Below are positions 38,871 through 50,556 of a stretch of DNA of 64,000 nucleotides, in pieces; the first letter of the stretch is position 1, and every line of letters starts with the position of its first letter. The notes under the pieces were generated by a model that saw nothing but the letters and a program-made list of their open reading frames with translations, was not told where the DNA came from and did no database searches. The translations under genes were made by a program, and so were the position numbers. This DNA is from Callorhinchus milii (taxonomy: Eukaryota), in NCBI RefSeq assembly GCF_018977255.1, contig NW_024704743.1, positions 55,864,001-55,928,000 on the forward strand, in the 5' to 3' direction.

Positions 38871-39603
38871 TAGGAGAGCTTGGTTTAAAGACCGATCTGA
38901 TGGATATTAAAAACTGAGGACTACAAGCTCAAAGTTGTAACATTTGGTTTGAACCATAACGTTCTGAGCTAGAGATGAAAGCGCAACTAATTGAGCCAGA
39001 CTGACACCTAACTGGGGCGAGGGGACGTACAGAAAAATAATCAGATTTTTAACATCCCATGAATTACAAAGAAACTTAGAGTCATGGAGGTGGAAGTGGG
39101 GGTGGGGGTAAAGAACAACAGAACACCAGCTTTAAAATTAAGACCAAATTTACGAATTTGCCAAATTCTGGATGCTCTTTGATCACATTTGGGTCTACGA
39201 GGTAGCAAAATCGAAATACATAGCAAAAGCACTTACTGCTATTTTAACCTCACAATTTAAATTAAACATTAATAATAATAATTCTTGCATTTGATATAGC
39301 ACTTTTCACGTTTTCTAGTTGTCTCAAAGCGCTTCACAGAATATACTGTGAAGTGAATTGACTGTATATTTATGGGCGAAAATAATCGAAATAACAATAA
39401 TCTGTGCATTTAATATTGTGTTTCATGTTGGGAGGACTTTTCAAAGTGCTTCATGGCACTTCATGGCACTTCATGGCTGAGTTCCTGTCGCTGAAATTGA
39501 GCTCAACGGCCAAGCAGAGTTTAGAAGAATCAGCCGCAATGCATCCAGAACTTGCCAGTTAGAAATCCAGAATTTAGACCCAGTTATTGCTTTGAATGAA
39601 TCG

Positions 39604-39738
39604 AACTAAAATTTGATGTGAGAAAGTGACTCTTTTTATCCGAAACAGGTGGAGCCGAAATAATTAAATGAGCAGTCAGGTTCCTGCTCCACCTGCTTTT
39701 GATAAAACCAAGGTACTTTCTCACATCAAATTCTAGTT
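39604..39738. repeat. Long imperfect inverted repeat (hairpin / MITE-like)
   Basis: aactaaaatttgatgtgagaaagt...tttatccgaaacaggtggagc pairs with gctccacctgcttttgataaa...actttctcacatcaaattctagtt. Confidence 0.85.
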
Positions 39739-40135
39739 GCTGCACTTCAAAGTAATTCATTGTGCTCTGTGTACAGCTGGGCAGTACTTTTTTTTGAGTC
39801 TCGACATGTGCTGCAGCTGAAATAATTTTGGTTTAAAATAAAGAAGTTGTGTTGGATGATTTTTTTTAATATCATTTTATAGTGCCCAGCATTAAGCATT
39901 AATTCTGAACATGTCAGAATTCCAGACATTCTTCAGTACCAAGGGATCACAGCTCCAAGGTCCTAATGCTAAGGAATATTTTTGCATTTATTCTTATGAT
40001 TTAAATCAGATATTTAGTGGGTGACTGATTTTATCTCACTCATCACTTTGACATGCATGAAATATAGGGTCTCCCTCACTTGTAGGAATCAGGTAGGATT
40101 CTAACCCACTGATCGAGTGTAACAAGTTTTCAGAT

Positions 40136-40590
40136 TTTTTTTTATGTCTGACACATGTAGAAACCCATCACCATGCTTAAGAGTATCAAAACCAGATAGA
40201 GAGTTCCACTTGTGTATGTCAGCTGCACGTGGAATTTTTGGGGGTCTGAAATGGAATGCATCCTACTTACCTAATTCCTGAGAGTATTAGCCGCAGATTG
40301 GCAAGAGCCCATGATTGGGAACTCAAGAGTGCGTTGGGGTACTGCTGGAGTTCAACTGCCTAAAACCATGTAGTTTGCCATTGAAAGCACTGTGTGTCAA
40401 GCAAGCTTGCTGCTGCTTGCCTTGCCAGGATTACCCTGTTCCATTAATGCTTTGGCTTGCAAGCTAACAGGAGCTAAGTGGAAAGAGTCCTTGCCTCAGT
40501 GAAAGATCTACCCCTCCAGGTCCTGCCAATAAGCCAGGCTGGCTGGGCTGTCATCAGCAGTAGCTTGGAATACTGCAGACCTTCCTGCTC
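40136..40590. mobile_element. Unclassified interspersed repeat, second long copy
   Basis: Colinear with 2180-2720 (tgtctgacacatgtagaaaccca...cttacctaatt...ggggtactgctgga...tgaaagcactgtg). Confidence 0.75.
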
Positions 40591-41395
40591 AGGATCTGCA
40601 TGACTTAGACTACCATAAAGACACAATTCCATTGGCAAGTACATCACCTTGGTGACATTTCAGATCCAATGAGACCCGTTTATCTTTCCCCCTCAAAGGA
40701 GGACAGGACTTTGGAGCTCTTATTCCTTCAGCTATTTTGAAGTGAAAAATTGTGTATGTGATGTGATATCACATTGCGAGATACTGGAGATGTCCCAGCT
40801 CATAACTGCAGCAGCGGCAATGGCCCTGATTGGGATCAAGTGGTTCACTTACTTTAGGCTACAAGTACTGACCTAGGCAAAGGTGCCTTTGAAACTACTG
40901 CGACACAAATCCCATCATTCAGTCAGTGACCAGTGGCTGTTGGAAGGATCCTGTCACCAACAGGTACTCCCTTAAATGACATGCATGTATTTGTAGCTTA
41001 ATGAAAGCAGAGGTTTTTTTCCTGGTCTTCATTATGACATACAATAGGAAATGTGTGTTTTTTGTAACAAACCTTACTTACCCATGGCCTGTCCTTATGG
41101 TTTCCAGCTTCTGCCCCCATCTTTCTTTCCTCTACCTACCCCATAAACTCCTCTCTGTCTGCCTACTTCACCATCCCCTCTCCCTGACTTACCCCACACC
41201 CCCTATCTGACGATCCCCTCTCCCTGTAATTACTTCCAAATCCCTCCAAGAATCTTTGCACCAGCTCAACAAGCAGCCAAGCCACTGCAGAAGGCTTATG
41301 AGAAATTTCAGAGCTGAAGGTCATTGCCAGCCCTCTCTTTTCCTTTTTGGTCAGCCGGGTGTCTGATACATGTGGAAACCCATCACCGTGCTTAA

Positions 41396-42935
41396 TGCGT
41401 CGCAGCTATCAAGCTACCGGCCCATCTCCAACCTCCCCTTTCTCTCCAAGGTCCTGGAAAGAGTTGTCGCCTCCCAACTGCGCTCTTTCCTTTCTACCCA
41501 TTCACTTTTCGAACCCCTTCAGTCAGGTTTCTGTGCTGCCCACAGCACAGAAACTGCCCTGGTCAAGGTCACCAACGATATCCTGACCATCTGTGACCAG
41601 GGCTCCCTCTGCCTCCTCGTCCTCCTCGACCTATCGGCAGCATTCGATACGGTCGACCACGCTATCCTACTCCACCGCTTGTCCTCCCACCTCAACCGTC
41701 AAGGCACTGTCCTTGAGTGGTTCAGTTCGTACCTTTCTCACCGTCTTCACTTTGTCTCAACAAATGGCTTCTCCTCCACCCCCCGCACTGTCTCATGTGG
41801 TGTCCCTCAGGGCTCTGTCCTCGGTCCCCTCCTCTTCACCCTCTACATGCTCCCCCTTGGTGACATCATCCGCAGACATGGAGTTAACTTCCACATGTAC
41901 GCGGATGACCCCCAACTCTACCTTTCCTCCTCTACTCTCAACTCCACGACCACCGATGTCCTGACAGCTGCCTGTCCGACATCGAGTCCTGGACGAGAGA
42001 CAACTTTCTTCAGCTCAACGTGCGAAAAACCGAGGCCCTCCTGATTGGCTCACGTCAGCGCCTCCGCACCTCAGGCGCTGACACCATCAGCATCCAAGGC
42101 TGCACTCTCCACCTCTCAAAGCCAGTCAGTCACCTCGGGGTTCTGTTCGACCCTGAGCTGTCCTTTCTCCCTCACATCCGCACCACAACTGGCACCGCCT
42201 TCCATCACCTCCGGAACATCGCCAGACTACGGCACTACCTCACCCCTCACGCTGCTGAAACCCTGGTCCACGCCTTCGTCACCTCAAGGCTGGACTATGG
42301 GAACTCTCTCCTCGCCGGCCTTCCCGCCACCTCCCTCCACAAGCTGCAGGTCATTCAGAACTCTGCAGCTCGTGTACTGTCCCGCACCAGGCTTCGGGAC
42401 CACATCACTCCCACCCTCGCTCGCCTCCACTGGCTCCCCATCCCCCAGAGGATTGATTTCAAGATCCTCATCCTCACCTATAAGGCCATCCACGGCCTTG
42501 CTCCCACCTACCTCTCTGACCTACTATCCCCCTACCTACCTGCCCGTACCCTCCGTTCCTCCGGCTCCGGTCTGCTCCACGTCCCCTGCCCCAATCGCCC
42601 TACCCTCGGTGGTCGGGCCTTCAGTCTCTCAGCCCCCAGGCTCTGGAACTCCATCCCCCAGTGCCTTCGCTTTGCTTCCTCCCTCTCCTCCTTCAAGGCC
42701 GGTCTCAAAACCTTTCTCTTTGACCGAGCCTTCAGCTCCCCTCTCGACTCTCTTCCCCCTCCTCGCTCCCTCCCTCCCCTCACCCTGACCATTTCCCCCC
42801 TCCTCGCTCCCTCCCTTCCCTCCCCTCACCCTGACCATTTCCCCCTGCTCGGGTCCTGACCCAACTGTGCAGCACCTTGGGACGTCCTCCTGACGTGAAA
42901 GGTGCTTTATAAATGGAATCTTGTTGTTGTTGTTG
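41396..42935 (+). mobile_element. Young 5'-truncated L2 LINE with RT domain, one frameshift, intact 3' tail; TTAA duplication
   Basis: ORFs 41370-42044 ([27 protein letters not shown]) and 42020-42859; (TTG)n tail; ttaa at 41392-41395 and 42936-42939, interrupting gcttaagagtatcc of the unclassified repeat. Confidence 0.96.
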
Positions 42936-43114
42936 TTAAGAGTATCCAAACCAAGCTGAGATTTACATGCATCCCACAGGAGAGGAAGAGGTGGAGATGG
43001 AGACCTGGGATGGAACGTCAGGTACTTCATGTCCCAGGCCCTGGTCCTGCATAACTGTCCAGCACTGCATCAAGCATCACAACTGCACAGTCCCATGTAG
43101 ATAAGGCACCTTTG

Positions 43115-43365
43115 GATAATAATAATCCTTGCATTTGATATAGCACCTTATCAAGCCTTCGAGACGTCTCATAGCACTTCACAGAATATACTGTAAAGTG
43201 AATTGACGGCATATTTTGTGGGCGAAAAGCAGCAGCCAATTGTGCACATCAGTGTCCCACAAACACTCATGGATTGAGCGGTCAATTTATTATTTGTTTT
43301 AAGAAATTATTACCGAGGTCGCTCACTTGCGAGGTGAGTTCTCTAACCACTGAGCTACAGGACTG
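43115..43365 (-). mobile_element. tRNA-derived SINE family 2 (deleted)
   Basis: (AAT)n tail; head ...ctaaccactgagctacaggact. Confidence 0.8.
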
Positions 43366-43970
43366 TCAAATTTGTGATAAGACACCACATATTGGAAAAC
43401 TTAGCACCGCAATGTTGAAGAGGAAAGAGGGTGTGAAATAACATCAAACGGGATGTTTCGAAGTGTAGAGACAACGTGTTCCTTGGCTGAGTGGAGGAGG
43501 ATAGGGGTGAAGGTGCTGACAATCCTCAAACCTGGGATCAAACACCTTCAGAGTCCCCACTGCCTTTCAACTCTCACACAGTTATTGAGTGCAGAGTCAA
43601 TATTGAGCGCACATGGATTATAATAATCCTTTCATAACGGGAGGACATCTCAAAGTGGTTCACAAGATTTATTGTAAAGTATTTATAGGCGAACTTAATA
43701 GTCAGTGGTTGGGAGCTAGGAAGAGGAAGCACTCAGCATAGCACTATTGCTACTCACATTGATAGAGTTCCAAATTTATATATATACATATATTAAATGT
43801 AAACAATTGCAAATAAATACTTTGACCACCAAACTCTCATCCTTAAACATATTTTCTCTATTTTGACTTTGTAATTTTTCAACAAATATCTGTATATATA
43901 TTATCCATATATGTAGCCTCCACTGCCTACAGAATCAATGGTTCACTCTATTGCAAAGAAATGGATTTCC

Positions 43971-44365
43971 ACAACAACAACTACAACTTGCATTTATATA
44001 GCGGCCCTCATGCGGGGCAGGCTCTTGGAGCACTTAACAGGGTGGAGCCTGATGCACACATGAAGAGGAAGGTCTTCAGTCAAGATCTAAAAGAGGGGAA
44101 GGAGGGGGCAAGATGGTGGGATTGAGGGCGAGAGTTCCAAAGCGTAGCGGCTGAAACCAAGACCACCAATGATAGAGTGGAGGGGACAAGGAACAAGCAG
44201 GAGGCCACAGCCAACCGAGCAAAGGCAGTGGGTTGGGGAGTAAGTAGGTCAGAGAGTTAGGGAGGTACCAGGGCATGAAGAGATTTGAAAACAAGTAATA
44301 GGATCTTGAAATCAATTAATTTAGCAATAGGGAGCCAGTGGAGCTTGACTAGAACTAGTGTGATG
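43971..44365 (-). mobile_element. Degraded L2 LINE 3' fragment
   Basis: caacaac...cttgcatttatatagc tail; gggagccagtggagc (antisense LHWLP). Confidence 0.7.
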
Positions 44366-44445
44366 AATTTTATACATAAATTTACACACCCCTGGAATAA
44401 AGTTTTTTCTGAGTCTAGATTTATTTAAATAATATAGTATTTCAG

Positions 44446-44560
44446 GGCATCCAGAATTTGGCAAGTTGTTGAATTCAGTCTTAGTTGTGAAGCTGACTTT
44501 CTGTAGTTGTTAAAAAAATACAAAAAAGCTTCAAAAATTAAGCTGTATTTAACAAATATT
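44446..44560. mobile_element. Palindromic MITE-like repeat (CAGAATTTGRCAA family)
   Basis: gcatccagaatttggcaagttgttgaattcagtcttagttgtgaagct ... agcttcaaaaattaagctgtatttaacaa. Confidence 0.55.
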
Positions 44561-45034
44561 ATGTTCATTGAGTAAATGTAGATCCAAGTGGAATTTTATC
44601 CCTCATTGTAATGCACATCCCAAATGATGTGAGCAATCGAAACTCAAGATTCCTATGTAGAGCGCAGCATTTTGACTCATCTGTACTCACCCGCCAAGGT
44701 TCACAATTACTGACCATTAGACAATACTAAGTTCTAATTCTTGGAGATGAATAAAAGTTCAATCGCAATCAACAAGAACAATTTACATTGGGGTGGGGGG
44801 TTTTAACGCATGCACACACACACAACATTAAGTAATCACTTAGGAACTTATGTGTTTCTTTACTGTAGTCAAGGGGATTATAGTGTAAGTATTCACATGC
44901 AATCTATCAATTTTAAACAATAAAATTGAATTTGTGATTATGTCTGGATTAGACCATGTTGCCTGCAGATCTATCACAGGAACAAATAGCTTTCGAGTGC
45001 ATTGAACTTATCTTTTCTATTCTTTCCTGTGTAG

Positions 45035-45186
45035 TTTACTGGGCCAAAGTTTTGAGCTGGCAGCCTACATTTACATCTGGGAGAACTGCAGGCTCTTCTT
45101 CCTTCCCTGGGATTCGGTCTGGACATGGTGTTTGGCATTTTTAGGAGTGGACGTTGCTTACTACTGGCTCCATCGACTATCACACG
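45035..45186 (+). CDS. AGMO: Alkylglycerol monooxygenase, internal coding exon (equivalent to human exon 3), with first fatty-acid-hydroxylase His box
   Basis: Pyrimidine tract tcttttctattctttcctgtgtag|T, donor CACG|gtagga. 152 bp translating (Y)LLGQSFELAAYIYIWENCRLFFLPWDSVWTWCLAFLGVDVAYYWLHRLSH, matching AGMO YIYIWENYRLFNLPWDSPWTW..FLGVDFGYYWFHRMAH. Splices in frame to 1616 (TA+T = Tyr). Confidence 0.96.
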
Positions 45187-45720
45187 GTAGGACAGGGAAC
45201 AACTTCATTGACCCAGCAGTTATACTGATAATATGATCACATTATTTCGCTTCATTTTAAGTCTTTCATTGACATAGTTATTTTCAGAAGCAGCGGGGCA
45301 TTTGCTAGAATTTTCATAAGGATCCAGCAAGTGTCTTTCTTTTACAAGTTCCCATGTATTTGATGAATTAATATAATTATCCTTGCATTTGAGGCCTTAT
45401 CACGTTTTCCAGACGTCTCAAAGAGTTTCACAGGTTAAACTGTAAAGTGTAGTGACTGTGTATTTTGTGGGCAAAATATAATTCTATCAGCAGCCAAGTA
45501 TGATCTGAACTATATGTAATACAAAACAATTGTAAGACTTAACAGAAGTGACAGACAAGGCATCTTCCGGGGGAAGACTGAAAGCGAAACATACATTCAA
45601 GAACCTTCTTTGGGGTTCGAGAAGGATTGAGGTATTTTGTTCTAGAGATGGGGTAGAACAAAATACCTTCCCAGGGAAAGGTATGTAATACTTTCCCAGG
45701 AAAGAATAGAAAAGAAATGT

Positions 45721-46048
45721 GGAGTCCTGTAGTCTCAGTGGTTAGAGCACTCGCCTTGCAAGTGAGAGACCTGAGTTCAATTCCAGGCAGGGCAAAACCT
45801 TGGGCAGGTTTCCTTACTCCACACGCCTAATAATAATCCCTCCAAAACAAAAAACAATAATAAATTGGTCATTTTCAATCCACGACTGTTTGTGGGACAC
45901 TACTGTGCGCAATTGGCTGCGAGTTTCGCCCACAAATATACAGTCAATTCACTTTACAGTCTGTAAAGCGCTTTCTGTGAAGCGCTTTGAGACGTCAAGA
46001 AGACATGAAAAGCGCTATACCAAATGCAAGGATTATTATTTTATTATA
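45721..46048 (+). mobile_element. tRNA-derived SINE family 2, internally deleted subtype
   Basis: ggagtcctgtagtctcagtggttagagc (A box)...gagttcaattcc (B box); tail aaatgcaaggattattatt. Confidence 0.88.
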
Positions 46049-46618
46049 GATGCTTTCCATGGGATATCAGTAGCTGATCATAATCTGAGGCTATTATGTG
46101 TCAAAAAATACATTTAGGTTATTTTGAAAAATGCAATCAAACCGTATTTGCCAACTTTTCTAAAGAAAAAACCCTTTGAAGAAAAACCTTGAGAGGCCGC
46201 TGTGTCCGAGGTTCTGAGTAAAATCCATTCTTTAATTGTCTTCCTGACTGTGCTTAAGAGCTGTAGACAGCGTGGTGGGAAGGAGAGGTGTACTGTCAAC
46301 AACATGCTGAACTCCTGATCTTGCTGAATACCAATGAACATGTCTGTTGCTTCCCGCAGGAACAGAAGGCAACTGAGCAAGAGTTATACTGTACTTTTTT
46401 TTAGAAGCACCACTGCTAAAAGCAGTGTGTCTTGTAACAGATGCCTTCTTCAATTAAATAGAGAAGGCAAAATGGCTTCACAATTAGAAAGGACTGTTGA
46501 GATCACAACATACATTAAAAATAAGTACTGTTGATCACAGCTTTTCAGCGCTCGTTTACGCATTATCATCTTAACTAAACTTTCAATGTTCAGTTGCATC
46601 ATGGGTCAGATTAGTGCC

Positions 46619-46649
<31 letters not shown>

Positions 46650-47037
46650 GGCTCAGTGTGTGTTTGTCTATGTGTGGCTCAGTGTGTGTGTCTCTCTGTG
46701 TGTGTCTCGGTGTGTGTCTCAGTGTGTGTGTGTGGCTCAGTTGGTGTGTCTGGCTCAGTGTGTAGCTCAGTGTGTATGGCTCAGTATTTGTGTGTGCAGC
46801 TCAGTGTCTGTCTGTGTGGCTCAATGTGTGTGTGTCTCTATGTGTGTGTGTGTGTGTGTGTGGCTCAGTGTGTGTGTGTGTGTCTCAATGAGTACCTGTG
46901 TGTGTATGTGGCTCAGTTGTTGTGTGTGGCTCAGTGTGTGTGAGAGTGTGTGTGTGTGTGAAGCTCAGTTGATGTATGTGGCTCTGTGTGTGTGGCTCAG
47001 TGTGTGGCTGTGTGTGTGAGGCTCAGTTGGTGTGTGC
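46619..47037. repeat. (TG)n-based compound repeat punctuated by GGCTCA
   Basis: Directly visible; it produces the spurious Val/Cys-rich ORFs at 46614-47019. Confidence 0.95.
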
Positions 47038-49806
47038 ATACACAGAATGACATATTTTCAAATGATTTAAAATTCTTACTCCTGAGCGTGTGGGAAATCT
47101 TCGGGGAATGGGACTTGGTTGGTTAAAGGAAAGGGATAGCAAAGGTGATTGTGGGAAAGTCATTGGGTGAAGGCGTACAAACTGTTGAGTTCTCCGTTGA
47201 TGGTATGCGCCGCAGACAGGAAGAAAAGGATTTCATATGTTGTGCAGCGTTGGAACTATCTGAAGTTACACACAAGTCAAAGAAAAACATGGCTGTTGCT
47301 GAAAGGCCTGTGGAAAAAAAACATGCTTTACAAGTCGAGGGCTTTAGTCCTATACTTGCTAAGAACAGGTGTCAAGACACATTTTAACCACAATTTCTGT
47401 AAATCAATAAAATTTGCAGAATTTCCACCGGCATTATTTAAGAAATAGAATGTGATTAGGAATCCTGCAGTTCGAGTTCCAGTGGATGAGATGGCTCCAG
47501 AATAGACTTGATGAACCTAAAGGCCTCCCTCTGTATTGCAATTTTGGGGATTTTTTAAATAATTATGTGAGCGCAAGATTCAGGCTCCCAGCAGACACCT
47601 GATTGGCAACTGATAGTATTAAACACAAATGAGAGGATGCAGCCCTACAATGCAACATTCACAGAGCAGATCTGATCTGTTAATCACTTGACAGTGGGGG
47701 CATTTTCCAGATTTAACATGAAACCAGACCATTTGAAACAGGGGAATAGAGATTGGTTTAAATGGAGTGAAACGTGAAAACCACATGCCCGATCGATGTT
47801 CTAGTCAGACAATTTTGCTACATTACGTGTACGTTTATATTTTAGCTGCTGCCTAGGAATTAAGCGAATGACCTGGACTTTGACAGTGCGTAAAATGCCT
47901 TTTGAAATTCCCTCTTTAAACAGTACTTTGGTCAATTTATAGAACACTGGAACCTAAAGATATGATTCATGGTTAAGCAAATTGGAATCAATTTATAAAA
48001 TGTAAAAGACATCTGTTTACCTTCATCTTATCTATGGTGTCATAAATCTCAACCAGCAGCACGCAGTTAAAGCTCAGTTGATAGAGCCTGTTTTCTTTTT
48101 AAGGGACGTAAAAGAAAAGTCACTTGGGTCAGACCTCAGCTGGAATGACTGAAGGTTTTGGACCTGTTGAAGGAAATGATGAGAGATAACTAAAATCCAG
48201 ATGCTCACTCGACATTCTTTGACATATATTCTTCAGGGTTTAAAATTATACCTTTGTCCTTTGAGAGGAAGTATTAGAATTTAGCACGTTAGCTCTCTTT
48301 TGCCAAATGTACAAAGAAATGATGCATTTTTTGTAACAAAAAAAACCCTTCTCACTTTCCTCATTTATGTAAGATTTGGCTCCCTTAGAACAATTAGGTA
48401 GTATTATAGGAAACCGCCTTGCTTACTCTCAATGAAAGTTTAAGTTGTTTTCCACAGCTCTTGCATTGTCTTGACAATTGCATGAATGCACAATTCACCA
48501 TGAAACCTCTCCTCTTCCTATCATTTCAAATCTGAATGAAAGCCATCTATTCATGGTAGTCTCTTGGTGTTTTCATGGAAAACTAACACGTAATTCCACA
48601 AGAACACAGATCCTGAAATCTGAGTCAGTCTGGGACTGTGGTACTTGCTGCCCACTGCATATTTTCACCAGGGGGTGTTTATCAAAGAGGTCTGGAGTCC
48701 TGCCACTGTGAATGATTGAAGGAGGATAGCTGACTTCTTGAAAGCTGTAATCATGAAAACTGAACAGAGGACCCTCCTAAATCACTCTCCAGCTAACAGC
48801 TGCTTGACCCAGTGGCTGTATCAGATGACAAGGGCTGATATATGCCAAAGATTATAGCTACTGAGCCAAGCAGGGGTTCAAGACAGTCCCTGTTGAATTT
48901 GTAGGTTCCTGTGTGTATTGCTTGTTTGGACGAAGAGTAAACCCTTCTGTAAATTGTGAAAATGTTATTTTATTTAGGAGTAGATGGCTGTTAGTGTTTG
49001 AAGAAGAACACTTGGAGTGATAAAGCAGCTTTAACCCTATTGGCAAGCAATTTATAATTTGTTTTTTAGCCTCAGGGTTTGAAGATGCATAAAACAAGTG
49101 CAAGTGAAGCAAAGGTCCAGGGAGTAAAGTCTCTGTACTGTACATTGAGGGTTACATCAGGGACTCTGCAATAACATTACAACAACCAAGTTCACAATAC
49201 AAAGCTAGAGTTCAACCTGTTTGCCTCTTTATACTAATAGAACAATGATTATAAATGCCTTATCCAATATTACACATACATTGCAACATCACAATGTTTA
49301 TTTCAAATGAAAGTGATAAGAAGGTGAGCTCATTGTTTACTACAGTTCACTGAAGCACTCAATAAAACACCAATCCAAAATCACTTTCACATTCATTGGT
49401 ATGAAATGTGCACTACTTATTTGCCATCGCTGGATAAAATTATGCTTTGACCACAAGATTATCATAAGATTGGTTTTGCATGAAGGAAGCCTTTCAGTCC
49501 ATCAGATCTCATCCTTCTAGAATACTTACCCTATTATCTGGTTACTTATTTATCTAATACATAAGGAAAAAGGGAATATAGAGGTATAGGAGCAGGGAAT
49601 AGGAGGGATAGAAACTTGCGTGGAGTATAAATACCATCATGAACTAATTAAACCAAATGGCCTGTTTCCAAGCTATAACATTCTATGTCGTCCCATGTAA
49701 TTCTAGGTAATAATCCTTGCATTTGATATAGCACCTTTTACATTGAGAGGCCATCTCAAAGTGCTTCACAGGATCTGCTGTCAAGTGGAGTGACTGTATT
49801 TGTGTT

Positions 49807-50257
49807 GTCAGCCTGGGTCAGTGGTAGCTGACTCACATGCATGTGAGTCAGAAGGTTGTGGGTTCATGCCCCACATTGTACTTGGAATCATATAGTCTAA
49901 GCTGACACTCCATTGCAGTGCTGGGGTGTGTGCATTTTTGGAGGTGCCGTCCTTTGAATGAGACGTTAAACCAAGATCTCGTCTGCCTGTTCAAGTGGAT
50001 ATTAATGATCCCATAGCACTATTCAAAAAGAGAAGGGCATTTCTCCCAGTGTCCTGGCCAACAAATCCCTCAAAAAAAAATTGGTCACTCACTCCATGGC
50101 TGTTTGCGGGATGCTGCTGTGTACAAACTGATTGCAGTGGTTCACCCATAAAATATAGTTAATCCACTTTACAGTATATCATGTGAAGCATTTTGAGATG
50201 TCTTGATTATGTGATAAGGTGCTATGTCAAAGATAAGATTATTATTATATTATTATT
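49807..50257 (+). mobile_element. DeuSINE-type SINE, full length, nested in an opposite-strand SINE (49709-49804 and 50258-50342)
   Basis: Clear Deu core ggaggtgccgtcctttgaatgagacgttaaacc...gatcccatagcactattc; the host SINE tail continues on both sides. Confidence 0.88.
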
Positions 50258-50401
50258 TTGTAGGTGAATGCGGCAGCCAATTTGTATATAGCAATGTCCC
50301 ATGAAAAGCCATTAAGAGAATACCCAATTTTATCTGGAGGGATGTAAGACGACAAAAGCATATTGGAATTCTTCCTGGCATCTTTCAGGAGAACTGAAAG
50401 T

Positions 50402-50556
50402 AAAACAATAAAAAAAGTTGGAAATCTGGATTAAATTGGGAACACTGGAAATCCACAGCATGGCAGCCAGCAGGTGGAAGAGAAAATTAGATCAACACTT
50501 CGGATGAAGTATCATGCCTGAAATGCTGAGGTATTTTTCTCTTTTTAACAAACTGA
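50402..50556. mobile_element. Short hairpin element resembling Penelope-associated repeats
   Basis: ctggaaatccacagcatggcagccagcaggtggaagagaaa... with inverted arms gagaaaattagatcaacacttc / gaaatgctgaggtatttttctc. Confidence 0.5.

Larger units (their letters stand above)
1617..45034 (+). other. AGMO: AGMO intron (43,418 bp, GT-AG)
   Basis: Bounded by the two phase-compatible exons; begins gtaagt, ends gtag. Confidence 0.9.

Noticed and set aside
35160..39480. Short tandem duplications (about 24 bp at 35163 and 38325; 10 bp x3 at 39449; also 21 bp near 15960)
   Set aside because: Ordinary slippage duplications with no spacers; not CRISPR-like.
44956..45183. ORF-track entries 44956-45144 (+) and 44974-45183 (-)
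   Set aside because: Wrong frame or strand over the true AGMO exon.
45721..45795. tRNA-like sequences here and at about 51165-51240 and 60315-60389
   Set aside because: They are SINE heads with A/B boxes, continuous with SINE bodies; not tRNA genes.
46614..47019. Cys/Val-rich ORFs of 109 and 131 aa
   Set aside because: Translation of a TG microsatellite.
47145..47448. Possible pogo-type transposase N-terminus (RISY..ALELSEV...MAVAER)
   Set aside because: Needs frameshifts, no TIRs found; similarity too weak to call.
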